Shown in pieces: positions 24,061-37,460 of a stretch of DNA of 64,000 nt. This DNA comes from Anthoceros angustus (Eukaryota; Plantae; Anthocerotophyta). Where the stretch lies: positions 310,001-374,000 of the forward strand of contig MU008167.1 of the NCBI GenBank assembly GCA_010909165.1, in the 5' to 3' direction. The notes below the pieces were generated by a model. The model was not told where the DNA came from. It did not search any database and was given only the letters and a program-made list of their open reading frames with translations. Position numbers and translations under genes: made by a program. How positions within the stretch are numbered: position 1 is the first letter of the stretch; the number at the start of each line of letters is the position of its first letter.

Positions 24061-26781
24061 GAGAGGGAGGGCCGAGTGGCGGATTCTGCTTGGTGAGTTA
24101 TGGATTCTGCCTTATGAGTTCTGGATTCTGCGAGTTAACTTCCCTGGCCTCGCTTTCCCCCAACCTGCTCACTAGCCTTTGGTTTTGGCTCAGAACCCGA
24201 TCTTTCTAATCATCGTATTCAATGTAGAACTTCAACAACACAATTCCAACATAGATTGCCAGCACGAAGGAGCTTATGGCCAAGCCTTATAGCACATATG
24301 AGGATGATGGAGGGGAGCACGTGCACCGAGGGCAATACACAAGGGGAAGAGGAGCGGAAGGGGGGAGCGCCATGGTTGCCAGCGCCTACCCTGTCTATAC
24401 GGGCCCCTAACACACACCCGCGCTAGCCCCCAACATCCTTACCCCTAGCCATCTCCACCCATGGGGGCCGTGTCCACAGGGAAAAGGGCACCCCCACCCA
24501 CGAGGGGCATCATCACGGTGAGCCCCCCTTGCTTGCTATGAGACCCTTCGCTCTATAGCCCCAGTGCCCAGCAAGGGTGTCGGACCACCCCAACCGCAGT
24601 ATCGCCGCCGTGGTGGTGCCATCAGCACCCTCATAGCAGCTCGTCGCTAGCCTCCTCTCGTGTTCATGCTCCAAGTCGAAGCCAAAGATCCTTTCTAGTC
24701 CCTATAACTATAAGGGCAAGGCCGTTTCACATGCATCCCGGTTTGTGGGTCCCATCACCTAGCCCCATGGCAAGTTGGCCACCATAGTCGAGGATGGCAG
24801 TGAAACCCTGGTTAAAGGCTGCTGAGTAGGATTCAGGGTTTAGAGTTTCCACTTTTCCAAGCATTATTACCAGGCACTGCCGCAACTTCAAGGATGAGAG
24901 AGGCTTACAAGATAACACCATGGCTCTAAAATGTGCGCTTGAGGTATTTGAAGATAGCTCATGCCCTTATCATTAATTGGCCTATTGCTTTCTAGTTTGT
25001 TATATCATAAACAAACACTAGCTTGAGAAAGCACAGAGCTTATAGTACCCTATTAGCTTCATGAGAGCAAATTCATCCATGACCAGCCAAATAATTGCGT
25101 CTCACTCACAATTCCAATCCTGGTTCTTTCCATGGGCTGGAAACCCCTAGGCCAGATTTGGTGGAATGTAGGGTTCCTCACGGCTTCGATTTGTTGGAAT
25201 GATTTTTGGCTGCCCTAGGGGGTGGTGATCTTCTTACCGATCTCGGTCACGGTACACATTGGGCACGCGAAATTGCATGTCGTGCCGCACTGATACATAT
25301 TGGACAAATGGTTTGCCAAACATGCGCAGTGGAACCTCTTAACGTGTTGGGTTGCCAACAGATACACTGTCGCAAGCTATGTAAATCCTTGGGATATTTC
25401 CAGATCAGGCCCGGCCATGCGCTAACGATTTCAAGGCGATTATCACTTCGGACCGTGCTAGACGACAATTAGATCGGGGTACATGAACGCTAAAAGGCCT
25501 GTTGGGTTTTGACCTCATATTTGCCGATCAAGCGTTTTTATGCCATAACTCAATAACGAAAAATCTTGTCAACGGCGACCTTCATAATTATCACTAGCAC
25601 GGAGGCCCATCCTGTGTGCAGTGCAAACTTTATGTATTCAAATGTATGGATAGAGAACACAAGACAATTCATCTTCAATTCATAGATGGTAATAGAAAAA
25701 AGTAAATAATTTATAGTTAAATTGAATTAAAATAGAGTTAAGATTGAGGTTACTTTTAAGGCTAAGAATAATGGTCCGGCCCGGTTTAAGAGTTCATCTT
25801 CAATTCACAAATTGGTAATAAGAAAAGTGCGCATGGGACCTTGCTGTTTCTTTCTTTAAGTTTGCTCTACCATCACTTTAGTAGTTTAGTGATACGGAGA
25901 CTTAAAGATGCTCCTGGGTCCTTAGTCTTAGCCTTAGAATTAATATTAACCTGAATCTTAAGGTGATACCCTTGGGGTTTCTCCCTTAGGGTCTCTCTAT
26001 AATGCCCTTTGGTCGATGTGCTCACATCTTTCGACTCCTTAAAAAAATACACTACAGTTTTAAAACATAACTTTCACTTCAACTATACTCCTTGTTGACC
26101 TCTTTAACCCAACTTTAACTCTTTTAGTACTGTAAGGATCTGGACTACTTACTCAAATATGTGGATCTTTGATTGCAGCCCTTTTTGAGGACACCTGATG
26201 TTTACATTGGGCGGAACCGCGAAAACTACCTAAGCAGAACGGAACTGTGTGTGCTGTGTTTTATTTTTTCTCCAATGACCTCTATGTGCCCTTGGATTTG
26301 AAAAAAAGGGGAAACCTAAAACGGACTTCAGACTTGGAGTCGTCGAACGACCATAGGCTACAAGACACGGCGCTCATGCGACCAGCACTGCACGACACAT
26401 GCAAAATAATGACCACAACCCCAAATCCGACCATCCTTCATCAACATGGCCTTGTCAATCTACAGAAGCCGATGGCTCTTGTAGGTGTGAGGACTGCGAC
26501 TTCCCTCTGTGCCGAAGACAAAGTGGACTGGTGGGAATCGCATCTCAAGGAAGCACGAGCACGAGCACGGGCACACCATACTCAAGCAATGTCAAGAAGA
26601 AAAATTCCTGTTTGGTGTATCGCAGTGCAGCACGCAAGGCCTTACCATCCGCAGCTATCTCTGGAAAACGTCCCCTCCACGAGCCTACACAATGTGGTTC
26701 CTGCAGTAAATCTCTTTGTTAGCGGGCAGTGCACAAACGAAGTGAACTTAAATCATGCAAGGTTTCGCGAATGGCTCACAC

Positions 26782-27777
26782 TCAATAACGCCTCCTAAGG
26801 GGACTTCGTGACCTGTGACCACCCTGCCTTGGAGACCTGCAAATAGCTTCCAGCGTGAGTTCAGTCTACCCACAGCATGAAACCCACCACAAGGAACATG
26901 CACGCAGCTTCCAGCGTGTACATCAAGAGTTACCTTCTCCTAACATTGCGGCGATTTACAGGTCCCTGACTGAACGCCCAGTTAACAGAGATGGTTTGCG
27001 AGAGTAGGTCTTGTCCGTTCAAGCTGTCGATTGCAGCCTGTGCTTCTTTCTTTGTCTCATACTCGATAAGGGCATATCCCTACCACCCAGACCCACAAAA
27101 CACGTCAAGAAACCTCCAAAATCACCTTGAGAGCTCAAAACCAGCTCCCGAACAATGCATACAACAGTCTGCATACTCACCTTCACAAACCCAGTTCTCC
27201 GGTCCAGGTTCAGATGCAGGTTCTTAATCTCCCCGTATTCAGCAAACAGCTCATGCAGGTCATCCTCCTGAGCCTCCTCATGGACTCCAGTCACCAGAAT
27301 TATCCAGCCCTCAACCGCTGCATTTGAAAAGTTAAAAAAAAAACATCAGAGCATCTCATTCCCAACTCCTCTAGCCAGCCAAACAGCCTGCCACAACGGA
27401 CCACCAAAGCACCGTAACAACATAAAACACTCACAAAAAGCCTCCCTTTGCGTCAAGAAACAACTCGGTGCTGCAAGCCAAGAAAAAGACAACAGGGACA
27501 TACACTTCAGCGGCCCAGGACCCCCTGCAGAGTCCAGGGATTCGAACTCCCTGGGAGCATATCGGTTAGAGCGATCAATGTCTTCACGAAAACCACGGCC
27601 TTTGGTCTTCCTGTTAGAGTGCTGCGAGGCTCCTGCCCCAAAATCTCCTCCTCCTGTAATGGTCGACCTCAACTTAGGCGCCGGGGCCGCATACGCGTCC
27701 TCCATAGGTATGTCTTCGTCCATCATATCCTCGAACTCGGGCTCGAAATCCACAGCATCAACCTCCGCGTTGGCCAT
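26782..27777 (-). CDS. Y14: RNA-binding protein Y14/RBM8A (exon junction complex), copy 1, 4 exons
   Basis: Exons 27777-27504, 27317-27181, 27079-26934, 26836-26782. [14 protein letters not shown]...KGRGFRE...[26 protein letters not shown]...[19 protein letters not shown]...VNWAF...[10 protein letters not shown]. Confidence 0.96.
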
Positions 27778-30088
27778 CGCGATCGTCTGAACGTCTCGCG
27801 CGTCTCAAACGTATCAATCCTCTGCGTCCTTGGCGGCAGGAGAGCTGCTCAACGTGCCAAGCTCTACTGCCGCGAAAACCCTAAGAATCGAGAACGTCGG
27901 CTCCATATGGAAAAACCTCTCTTTGCTAGAAGGAAAGAGAGATTGGTGAAGAAGAGAAGAGGAACCAGAAATTTTTTATTAAGGGGTGAAGAAGAAAGAA
28001 AATATTTTAGTCCACATGGACGCCATTTTTCTGTATGGGAATTGGTACTTAATAACTTGTACCATGGTGTGCCTAAGCTACTTGCACCAAGGGCATTCAC
28101 TCCCTTCAAGCACCCCACTAAGTATCGATCGAAGTGCAAAATGCTTAATGCTTAATAACAACGTTCTTATAAATGTGTGTCCATTTGGTTTAAGCCATTT
28201 GGACACACATATATCGCTTCTCATATATCTCATCCATATATCTCTGCTCTTTCCTTTTCCATGCAAGTGTGTACCTACCTACATATGAACAGCTTTATTA
28301 ACCCCTAAACGTCCAAGGGTCTGGATCGAAAGTTTGGACCTACTTCTTTAACTGTAATTAATTCATAGGAGTTCTGAATTTTATTATTGATCACTTGCTT
28401 TGGTCCACCAAGGAAAGTGCATCTACCCATGCCCAGGTTTCCGAAATTAGCGACCTTGCAGCAGCAATAAACAACAGCCTAGTTGCCTGCCAAAATCCTA
28501 AGAGTTCTCACTCCAAATCCTAATCAATCTGCCTGAAATCCTCCATTCGCTGTGGCATTAACTCCACAACGGCCCCGCACAATTCCACAGTTGGCTCCTC
28601 TAAGCCACACACTCTACATCATGAAATCTTAAACTTGGGGGAGGAAAGACCCATGCTCTTTCCATGGTCCGTACAAGAAAGATAAGAGGAGCAGAAGAAG
28701 ACATGACAAATTGCCATAGGCCACACTTCTAAGATGTCACTATCTATAGCAAATAGAAAAGAAAAAAACACAACAAATTCTACAATACCTAAGCTAGAAG
28801 GCAAGGGGAATTCATCCAAGCACTAGGGATATTAAGGGCGCCCCCCTCCAAGAAGAAATTCACTCCCAAAACCCAGCCAAGGCACACCAAGACCCAAGAA
28901 ATTGGTGGCACAGGAAAATAGCACACCAAGAGGAGATGGCGGCATCAATCCTAAGATGGCACACACAAGCACAGGGCGCATACTTAGGCAATGGGATTTT
29001 GAAGTAGAGTGATCCCGAATTTGGAGACTTTATATAGACATTTCAAAGTATACATAGAAGTCCCACACTGGGATCTAGATATGGAGTAACCCCATAGGAC
29101 ACTAACAATTGGGGGCCACTTACACAGCGAAGACGAGGGCATGATGTTTTATAACAAATAGCCCCATAAGGCCATGAAGTTAGGGATGGGTGGCACCCCA
29201 CTCAAACACTAAATCGTGGTAGGGGTGGATGGCACCTCATCCAAGCACTGATCCATCTGAAGAATGCTCAGCTATGGTATATCATTATGTGAAGCTATGT
29301 TGTGGAAAAGGTAAGTTTCAAGTAATAATTAAGATAAGCAGCGCCAGCATAGATGGCATCCGCCGTTGAATTGGGAGCTACAGCTTTGGACTTTTGTTGG
29401 TTTCTTAGCCAAACTCGTGACAAAATTCAATATTTGTAAGGATTGTTTTCACTGTAGGGGAATTCAATATTTGTAGTGCTAAGATATTTTCTAATATTGA
29501 ATCTTGTCAGTCTCTTAAGCAAACTCATGACAACATTGAATACTTGTAGTGCCATTTTTTATATCAAACAGCAGAAAGAGTGCAAATGGTTTGCCAAGTA
29601 TTCTTGTAGTGCCATTTTTGGTATCAAAGAGCAGAAAGAGTGCAAATGGTTTGCCAAGTATTTTGGGGGGCATGCTGAAAAAACTGGATTCCTCATCGAC
29701 CCGTCGGAAAGCCTCTTGAGTGTTCCTGCATTCATCAGTTCTAGTTGAGTCAGTGAGATTCAATCCTACCATCAATCCGTTGCTTATCATAATTTAAATA
29801 AAAATTACAAGAGAAAAAGAAAATATCCTATTTCATATGAACTAATAACATAATCTCTTATCAATTCCGTTATAAAAGGCTGTCACCCATTTCTTCAGTG
29901 AACTTCGATCTGATCCATAGATTTCGCCAATGCAAAAGGCCAACTATGCCCTGAACACGGGGTCCTTTAGCGTCCTTTAGGTGCTTGGCAGGACACTCTC
30001 AATTGTGTGCTAGCCAAACTTCATTTACAACTAACTTCCCTCATATATACATGACCCTCCTTTCCTTTCAATCTTCATAGAATATATA

Positions 30089-33000
30089 TCAGTTCCGATG
30101 CGCCAAGTCCTTCCTTCTGGAACAAAGTTGTTCAAGTAATGCATATATACTTTTACTTTCGGGATGCCTCGCATCTCCAACGAAGAAACGATGGACCAGT
30201 CCGTCTAGGTCTGTCCACCAGCTCTGCCCTGGCTGCTTCCATGCGCCAATTCCTTTTCTCCTTGCCTGCATCTCCTGCGCCTGCTCCCACATCTGGGCGC
30301 CGGTGTATATGTTCGACATCAACACATATGCCGAGGCATCCTTGTGGTCTAGCTTCACTGCTTCATCGAAAGCATGGTGTCCAACCTCAACGCTGTTCCA
30401 CTTTTGACAAGCACCTAATAGAGCATGCCAAACTGCAGCACTGGGCAGCACAGGGATGGTCTTGATGAAAGCTAGTGCCTCGTCCACGTGGCCCGCACGA
30501 CCCAGGAGATCCACCATGCAGGTGTAGTGCTCCACACTGGGCCTGATGCCATGTTCTCTGCTCATGGCCTGAAAGTACTCTCGCCCCTTGCTTACAAGAC
30601 CCACATGATTGCATACTGTTAATACACTGAGGAATGTCATGGCAGTTGGCTGTATGCCATCCCCTCTCATTCTCTCCAACAAGTCGAAGACCACTTCACT
30701 GTCTCCTTGACGGGTGTAGCCTGCAATCAGGGCATTGCAGGCAACATCATCTCTTCAGGCAATGCCTCAAACACCTGTTGTGCATCAACCATGCTACCAG
30801 ACTTTCCATACATGTTTATCAAACTGCCAGCTACAAGCACATCAGTGTGAAGCCCCTGTTCTTCAATCTGTGCATGTAACCGTCTGCCCACATGTAGGGC
30901 TGCGACATTTGCACATGCCTGCAGGAGGCACACAAATGTCAAAGAATTGGGTGCCACAATGCCCTCATTTAGCATAGCATTGTAAAGACGAAGAGCCTCC
31001 TGCCCCATCCCCTGCTGGGAATACCCTGCAATCATGGCATTCCACATCCCTACATCTTTGTGCGGAAGCCCATCAAAAACGCCCCGAGCATCCTCTGGGG
31101 TGCCGCACTTTGCATACATGGTTACCAAACTGCTGGCTAAAAACACATTAGCTTCAAGTCCTTGTTCTGTAATTTGTGCATGAAGCTGCTTCCCCTTCTC
31201 CAATCCCAGGGTGCCCAAACTTGTACATGCCTGCAGGAGGCAAACATAGATCACAGAATTAGGTGCAACGATGCCTTCTTCTTGCATAGCTTCATACAGG
31301 CGAAGGGCTTCCTGGCCCCTGCCCTGCTGGGAATATCCCGCAATCATGGCACTCCAGGTCACCACATTTTTTCGCCAAGTCCGTCAAACACGCTCTGAGC
31401 ATCTTCTAGGCTGCCACACTTTGCATACATGTTTACCAAACTGCTGGCTATAAACACATCAGTGTCAAGTCCTTGTTCTCTAATTTGCACATGAATCTGC
31501 CTTCCCATCTCCAAAGCCGGAGCGCCCACACTTGCATGCCCGCAGGAGGCACAGAAATGTCACAGAATCAGATGCTGTGATGCCTTCTTGTTGCATAGAA
31601 CAGTGAAGACTAAGGGCTTGCTGACCCAAACCCTGCTGGGCATATCCTGCTATCAGGGTGGCCCACGTCCCCACACTTTTCTGACCAAGTCCGTCAAATA
31701 TGGCTTGAGCGTCCTCTAGGCTGCCACATTTTGCATACATGTGCACCAAGGTGTTGGCTAAACACATATCCGCCAGAAGCCCTCCATTTTTTATCTGTGA
31801 ATGAAGCTGCTTCCCTTCTCCAAAGCTGGTGTCCCCACACTTGCACACGCCTGCAGGAGGCATAGAAACGTGACAGAATCAGGTGCAGCAATGCCATCTT
31901 CCTGCATGGCACTGTGAAGGTTAATGGCCTTCTGACCCATTCCCTGCTGCGAGTATCCTGCTATCATGGCATTCCAGGTTACTACATTTTTTTGACCAAG
32001 TCCGTTGAACACTATCTGAGCATCTTCCAAGCTGCCACACTTCAAGTACATGTTTACCAAACTGTTAGCTACAAACACATCAGCTTGGAACCCTCCATCT
32101 CCAATCTGTGCATGAAGCAGCTTCCCCGTCTCCAAAGCTGGGGTGCCCACGTTCGCACATGCCTGCAGTAGGCCTACAAATGTCACAGCATCAGGTGCCA
32201 CAATACCTTCTTCTTGCATAGCCCTGTAAAGAACAAGGGCTTCCTGTCCCATGCCCTGCTGGGAATATCCACCTATCATGGCATTCCACACCACCACATT
32301 TTTTTGACCAACTCCATCAAATATGTCCCGAGCATCCTCCAAGCTGCCACACTTTGCATACATGTATATCAGACTGCTGGCCAGACGCGCACCGACCTGG
32401 AGCCCCCGTTCTCTAATCTGCGAATGAAGCTGCTTCCCCTTGCCCAAAGCCGGGGTGCCCACACTTGCACAGGCCTGCAGAAGGCACAGAAAAGTCACAG
32501 AATCAGGTAACACAGTGCCTTCTTGTTGCATAGCATTGTGAAGATCAAGGGCCTCCTGACCCATGCCTTGCTGGGAGTATCCAGCTATCACGGTATTCCA
32601 TGTGACAACGTTTTTGTGGCCAAGTCCATCAAACACACCTCGAGCATCCTCTAGTCTGCCACACTTCGTGTACATGTTCACCAAACTGCTGGCTACGAAC
32701 ACATCAGCTTGAAGTCTTTGTTCCCTAATTTTCTGATGAAGCTGCTTGCCGTTCTCCAAAGCTGCTGTGCCCAAACTTGCACATGCCTGCAAGAGGCACA
32801 CAAACGTCGCAGAATCAGGCGCAGCCATTCCTTCATCTTGCATAGCCCAGAATACACAAAGAGCTGCCTGGCCCATGCCTTGCTGGGAATACCCTGCTAT
32901 CAACGAGGTCCAGGTCACCACATCTTTTCGACCAAGTCCATCAAACACCCTCTGAGCATCCTCCAATTTGCCACACTTTGCGTACATGTCCACCAGGGAA

Positions 33001-33632
33001 TTACAGACGAACAAACTAGGCTCAAACCCGCTGGCCAACACATCAGCATGCACCTGCTGCCCACTACTCAAGTCTGCTGCCCTCGCACAGGCCTGAAGGG
33101 CTGCCACAAACACATGACCATCCGGCTTCACACCTGACCTTCGCATCTGCTGATACAGCTGTACGGCCTGCTCAGCTTGTCCGTGGTTAACATGCGCAGA
33201 GATCACGGAAGACCACATGAAGGCATCTGGTTTAGCAGCCACGGTGAACACATTCATCGTTTCAGCCAACCTAGCATGAGCAGCATACATTCGTATGATG
33301 TGGTTGCACAAGAACGTGTCCGACTCATACCCCTTCATCACTATGAGAGCATGGACACGGCGACCGACAACCAGATTCCTCTGAGTCTCACACTTTTTCA
33401 TAACTGCACGAAACATAGACTGAGCAATACCACAGTCTGTCTGCACCAGAACTCCCAGAGCCTCCACAGCTTCAACGAGCTGCCCCTGCTGACATAGCTG
33501 GCTCACAGTTTCATCCGTCACGCCCCATTGGTATCCTGCAGCCATGCATTTGAGGTCCGAGACCCCACCAAATTTCTTTTGTCGCCACAGGAGGCCCTGT
33601 CGCCCACTCTGTAGCTGAAGTGCAACACTCAT
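30089..33632 (-). CDS. PLS-class PPR protein, approx. 29 motifs + E1/E2 + WW-type PG box, no DYW active site (copy 2, probably intact, about 1182 aa)
   Basis: Intronless repeating L-S-P triplets, then P2-L2-S2, E1 (AAVWHALLGACQ), E2 (ASAYVLMSNIY), KQPGQSWWTDLDGLVHRFFVGD, and a stop about 25 aa later. Four 1-2 nt frameshifts (about 31815, 31527, 31370, 30755) lie in homopolymer/dinucleotide sites where copy 1 retains the missing bases. Restoring 5 nt gives 3549 nt, which is in frame. Confidence 0.88.
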
Positions 33633-34512
33633 GATTTCCACATTCACGGCCTGAAGCTCTGAACCCAAAAAAACCCAGCTCCGGAGCGCCAGCTGGGCTG
33701 GTTACGCCCATCACACTGTCCATGTTCACGTCCGCTAACGGAGAATAACACCCATGCACAATCTGCACAACATGGTCCGGAGCAGGCATCTCTCACCGGG
33801 CTCCCAAGCTTGCTCTTCTTCCATTGTCCAAGCACCAAGTTGACTATATCATTAGGTGAAACGACAGGGTAAACTTAATGCAAGAAGGTTTGCAGAAAAG
33901 ACCTTGCACCTTATTTGGCGAGCTTTCTTCCCACGTAGATTTGTACGAAGAGATGCGTGGGGATGGGGAGATTTTTATTTCACTCCATCCTCCTCAAGAA
34001 CGCGGTCCTCACTCACTCACTCACTCAGTCGGTATCAAAACTGCACGATTTTTTTTTTTCACTCCATCCTCCCCAAGAAAACTGTCCTCACTCACTCTGT
34101 CGGCATGAAAACTGCACGGTATTGTGAGCTTCATCAGCTTTATGAGAACGGCAAAACTGGATGAGCTCGTGAGCCATCGGGAGAATCGAACAGCAGTTAC
34201 GGGACAATTGAAGTCCTTTGTACCAAAACACACGGTTCCTAAAACAATAATCCTCCCGGACTACATAAGAATCCTGACCTCTACAGTCTATCTCGGACGC
34301 CAGACGCACAGTCCCTTACGACGCAACAGCAGGTTACTCTTCCTTCCCTCCATCTGATCCAATCTCAGCGAGATATCAGTAGGTACTCCGCCTTTGCCAG
34401 CAGCAGCCTCAGACAAGCAGCAACAACACGTTACTGCCTCTTTGTCCAAAACAGGGATGAGGCAGGCCAGTAGGACATCAGCTGTCGAAACGACTCAACG
34501 TGACAAAAACGC

Positions 34513-35830
34513 TTAGGCAGGGACTGCTGGGGCGGCTTGTGGATTTGCTGGACTGCTTTGAGGGTTCGCCGGGGCCCCATTCGCAGCTGGAGCTGCTGGT
34601 GGTGGAGGCTTCATATGGTTTGGCTGGGAGTGCTTCAACTTCATCAAGATCATACGCATCCCGGTTATATCAGTGGATTTCACTGATTTCGGTCCCTGAT
34701 TGATCACAAATGACGGTTTCTTCTTATCCTTATCCTTGTCCTTGGCCCGGTGATTTTCCTTCCCACGTTGCCACCTCGGTTGGTATAAGCTCTGCGACAG
34801 CCTTCCAGTAGTTCTTGTGACCGTTGGCATGAAAATTCTCCTGATTTGCAAGACCTGCGAAGCAAAACCAACTCAAATGAGATCACGGATATGTCATGTG
34901 GAACTCTGGATGTTGACAACATGTCTGTACTGGTTTGCAAGTTTTCAGAGTGTGACTGTGATGGTCAACATAAAAAAGCATCGGTCAGGCACCGTTTTTC
35001 CCACTTCCAAACACACCTTTTCCCTCTCGCGATTGCTCTTAGCAACGGCTTCATTATTTGCCTTCCGTTTGGCGTAGAACTAATCCTTGAAGGCAGCTGC
35101 GTCCTGCTCAATACTGGCAAGCGCTTCCTTTTCTTTCATCTCCTTCTCCTCAAGTCGCAGGGTATGTATTTTGCCTGCACACATGAAGCACGCTCCCGGC
35201 ACAGCCTCCCGACTGCCTAAGCTAACACACCAAGAGTCCCCGCAAGCCTCTTTGAACCTCGATCAGACGCTTATCAATCCGGAACCCAGAGCCACAGCTA
35301 CACTTGAAGCAAAACTGTGATGACACCTGAAACAACTTCCTTCCACTTACAGCTTCCACTCCCGCAGCACAAAACCTCCCGCAGACTGCATCTGCTCCGG
35401 AAGAGAGAAAACAGCTCGGTTGTTGACGGGCTTGGTGTCCTCCTCCGCGAAGGTGTAGAGGCCGATGCCTCCCTTGTACGCCTGGAAGATCTTTCCATTA
35501 AAATGCTCGTCAGTGGAGAAGTCGGCCCCTTCGTTGAAGTCGGACAGAGACTCCGGGAGAAATCAGTGTAGGAAGGCTGCTGAGCGTCCTCGTGGTCGAA
35601 GGCGGTGTGGGTGTGCTCAGAATAGTGATGGCCGAACCCGTTGGTGCCAGTAAAGGGCGACTCCGGGCCATCGGGGTCCGAGCCATCAATGGGTCCGAGG
35701 ATGGTCCGAGGTCTCCGGAAACCCATCTGGAGTGCCCCTGAGGGATTCAAGGCGCCAAATGATGGCCGCGGATGGTATCCCAACTCGAAGGGCTGCGGGC
35801 CCGGGCTCACATCGTTCGTCGTAGGTCGCC
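34513..35830 (-). pseudogene. CLC: Clathrin light chain pseudogene (copy 2)
   Basis: Start codon ATG changed to AGG (35830). 4-nt insertion at the start of exon 2, 4-nt deletion at the start of exon 3, further frameshifts in exon 1, and the upstream region is missing. Confidence 0.9.
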
Positions 35831-36462
35831 CTACCTGCACAGACCTGGGGTTTACCTGAGCCTGCTCACACCACCTACGCAGAACGAAACTGTGTGTGGT
35901 GCGCTTTGTTTCTTCTCCTATGGTCTCTAAGTGCCCTGGGATTTGAAAAAAAGGGCAAACCTAAGACGGACTTCAGACTTGGAGTCGTCGAACGGCCATA
36001 GGCTACACGACACGGAGCTCATGCGACCTGCACTGCACGACACATGCAAAATAATGACCACATCCCCAAATCCTACCATTACTCCTAAGAAAGCGTGTGG
36101 TCGATAGCCTTCCATCCTTCATCAACATGGCCTTGTCAATCTACAGAAGCTGATGGCTCTTCTATCTGTGAGGACCACGACTTCCCTCTGTGCCGAAGAC
36201 AAAGTGGACTGGTGGGAATCGCATCTCAAGGAAGCACGAGCACCAGCACGGGCACACCATACTCAAGCAATGTCAAGAAGAAAAATTCCTGTTTAGTGTA
36301 TCGCAGTGCAGTACGCAAGGTCTTACCATCGGCAGCTATCTCTGGAAAACGTCCCCTCCACGAGCCTACACAATTTGGTTTCTGCAGTAAAGCTCTTTGT
36401 TAGCGTGCAGTGCACAAACGAAGTGAGCTTAAATAATGCAAGGTTTCGCGAATGGCTCACAC

Positions 36463-37460
36463 TTAATAACGCCTCCTGAGGGGACTTCGTGACCTGTGAC
36501 CACCCTGCCTTGGAGACCTGCAAATAGCTTGCAGCGTGAGTTCAGTCTACCCACAGCACGAAACCCACCACAAGGAACATGCACGCGGCTTCCGGCGTGT
36601 ACATTCAAGAGTTACCTTCTCCTAACATTGCGGCGATTTACAGGTCCCTGACTGAACGCCCAGTTAACAGAGATGGTTTGCGAGAGTAGGTCTTGTCCGT
36701 TCAAGCTGTCGATTGCAGCCTGTGCTTCTTTCTTTGTCTCATACTCGATAAGGGCATATCCCTACCTCCCAGAGCCACAAAACACGTCAAGAAACCTCCA
36801 ATATCACCTTGACAGCTCAACACCAGCTCCCGAACAATGCTTACAACAGTCTGCATACTCACCTTCACAAACCCAGTTCTCCGGTCCAGGTTCAGATGCA
36901 GGTTCTTAATCTCCCCGTACTCAGCAAACAGCTCATGCAGGTCATCCTCCTGAGCCTCCTCATGGACTCCAGTCACCAGAATTATCCAGCCCTCAACCGC
37001 TGCATTTGAAAAGTCAAAAAAAAAAAAATCAGAGCACCTCATTCCCAACTCCTCTAGCCAGCCAAACAGCCTGCCACAACGGACCACCAAAGCACCGTAA
37101 CGACATAAAACACTCACAAAAAGCCTCCCTTTGCGTCAAGAAACAACTCGGTGCTGCAAGCCAAGAAAAAGACAACAGGGACATACACTTCAGCGGCCCA
37201 GGACCCCCCGCAGAGTCCAGGGATTCGAACTCCCTGGGAGCATATCGGTTAGAACGATCAATGTCTTCACGAAAACCACGGCCTTTGGTCTTCCTGTTGG
37301 AGTGCTGCGAGGCTCCTGCCCCAAAATCTCCTCCTCCTGTAATGGTCGACCTCAACTTAGGCGCCGGGGCCGCATACGCATCCTCCATAGGTATGTCTTC
37401 GTCCATCATATCCTCGAACTCGGGCTCGAAATCCACAGCATCCACCTCCGTATTGGCCAT
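36463..37460 (-). CDS. Y14: RNA-binding protein Y14/RBM8A, copy 2 (intact)
   Basis: Same four exons and splice sites as copy 1. [14 protein letters not shown]..., stop TAA at 36463-65. Confidence 0.95.

Noticed and set aside
22041-26225. Mutator element with a 10-bp TSD
   Set aside because: No terminal inverted repeats or transposase found. Deletion in copy 2 is more parsimonious.
27448-28155. Long plus-strand ORFs overlapping Y14 (also 37006-37668) and other long antisense ORFs (9437-10072, 11806-12183, 40845-41639, many in the PPR regions)
   Set aside because: Shadow frames of GC-rich real genes or TE ORFs, with no recognisable domains.
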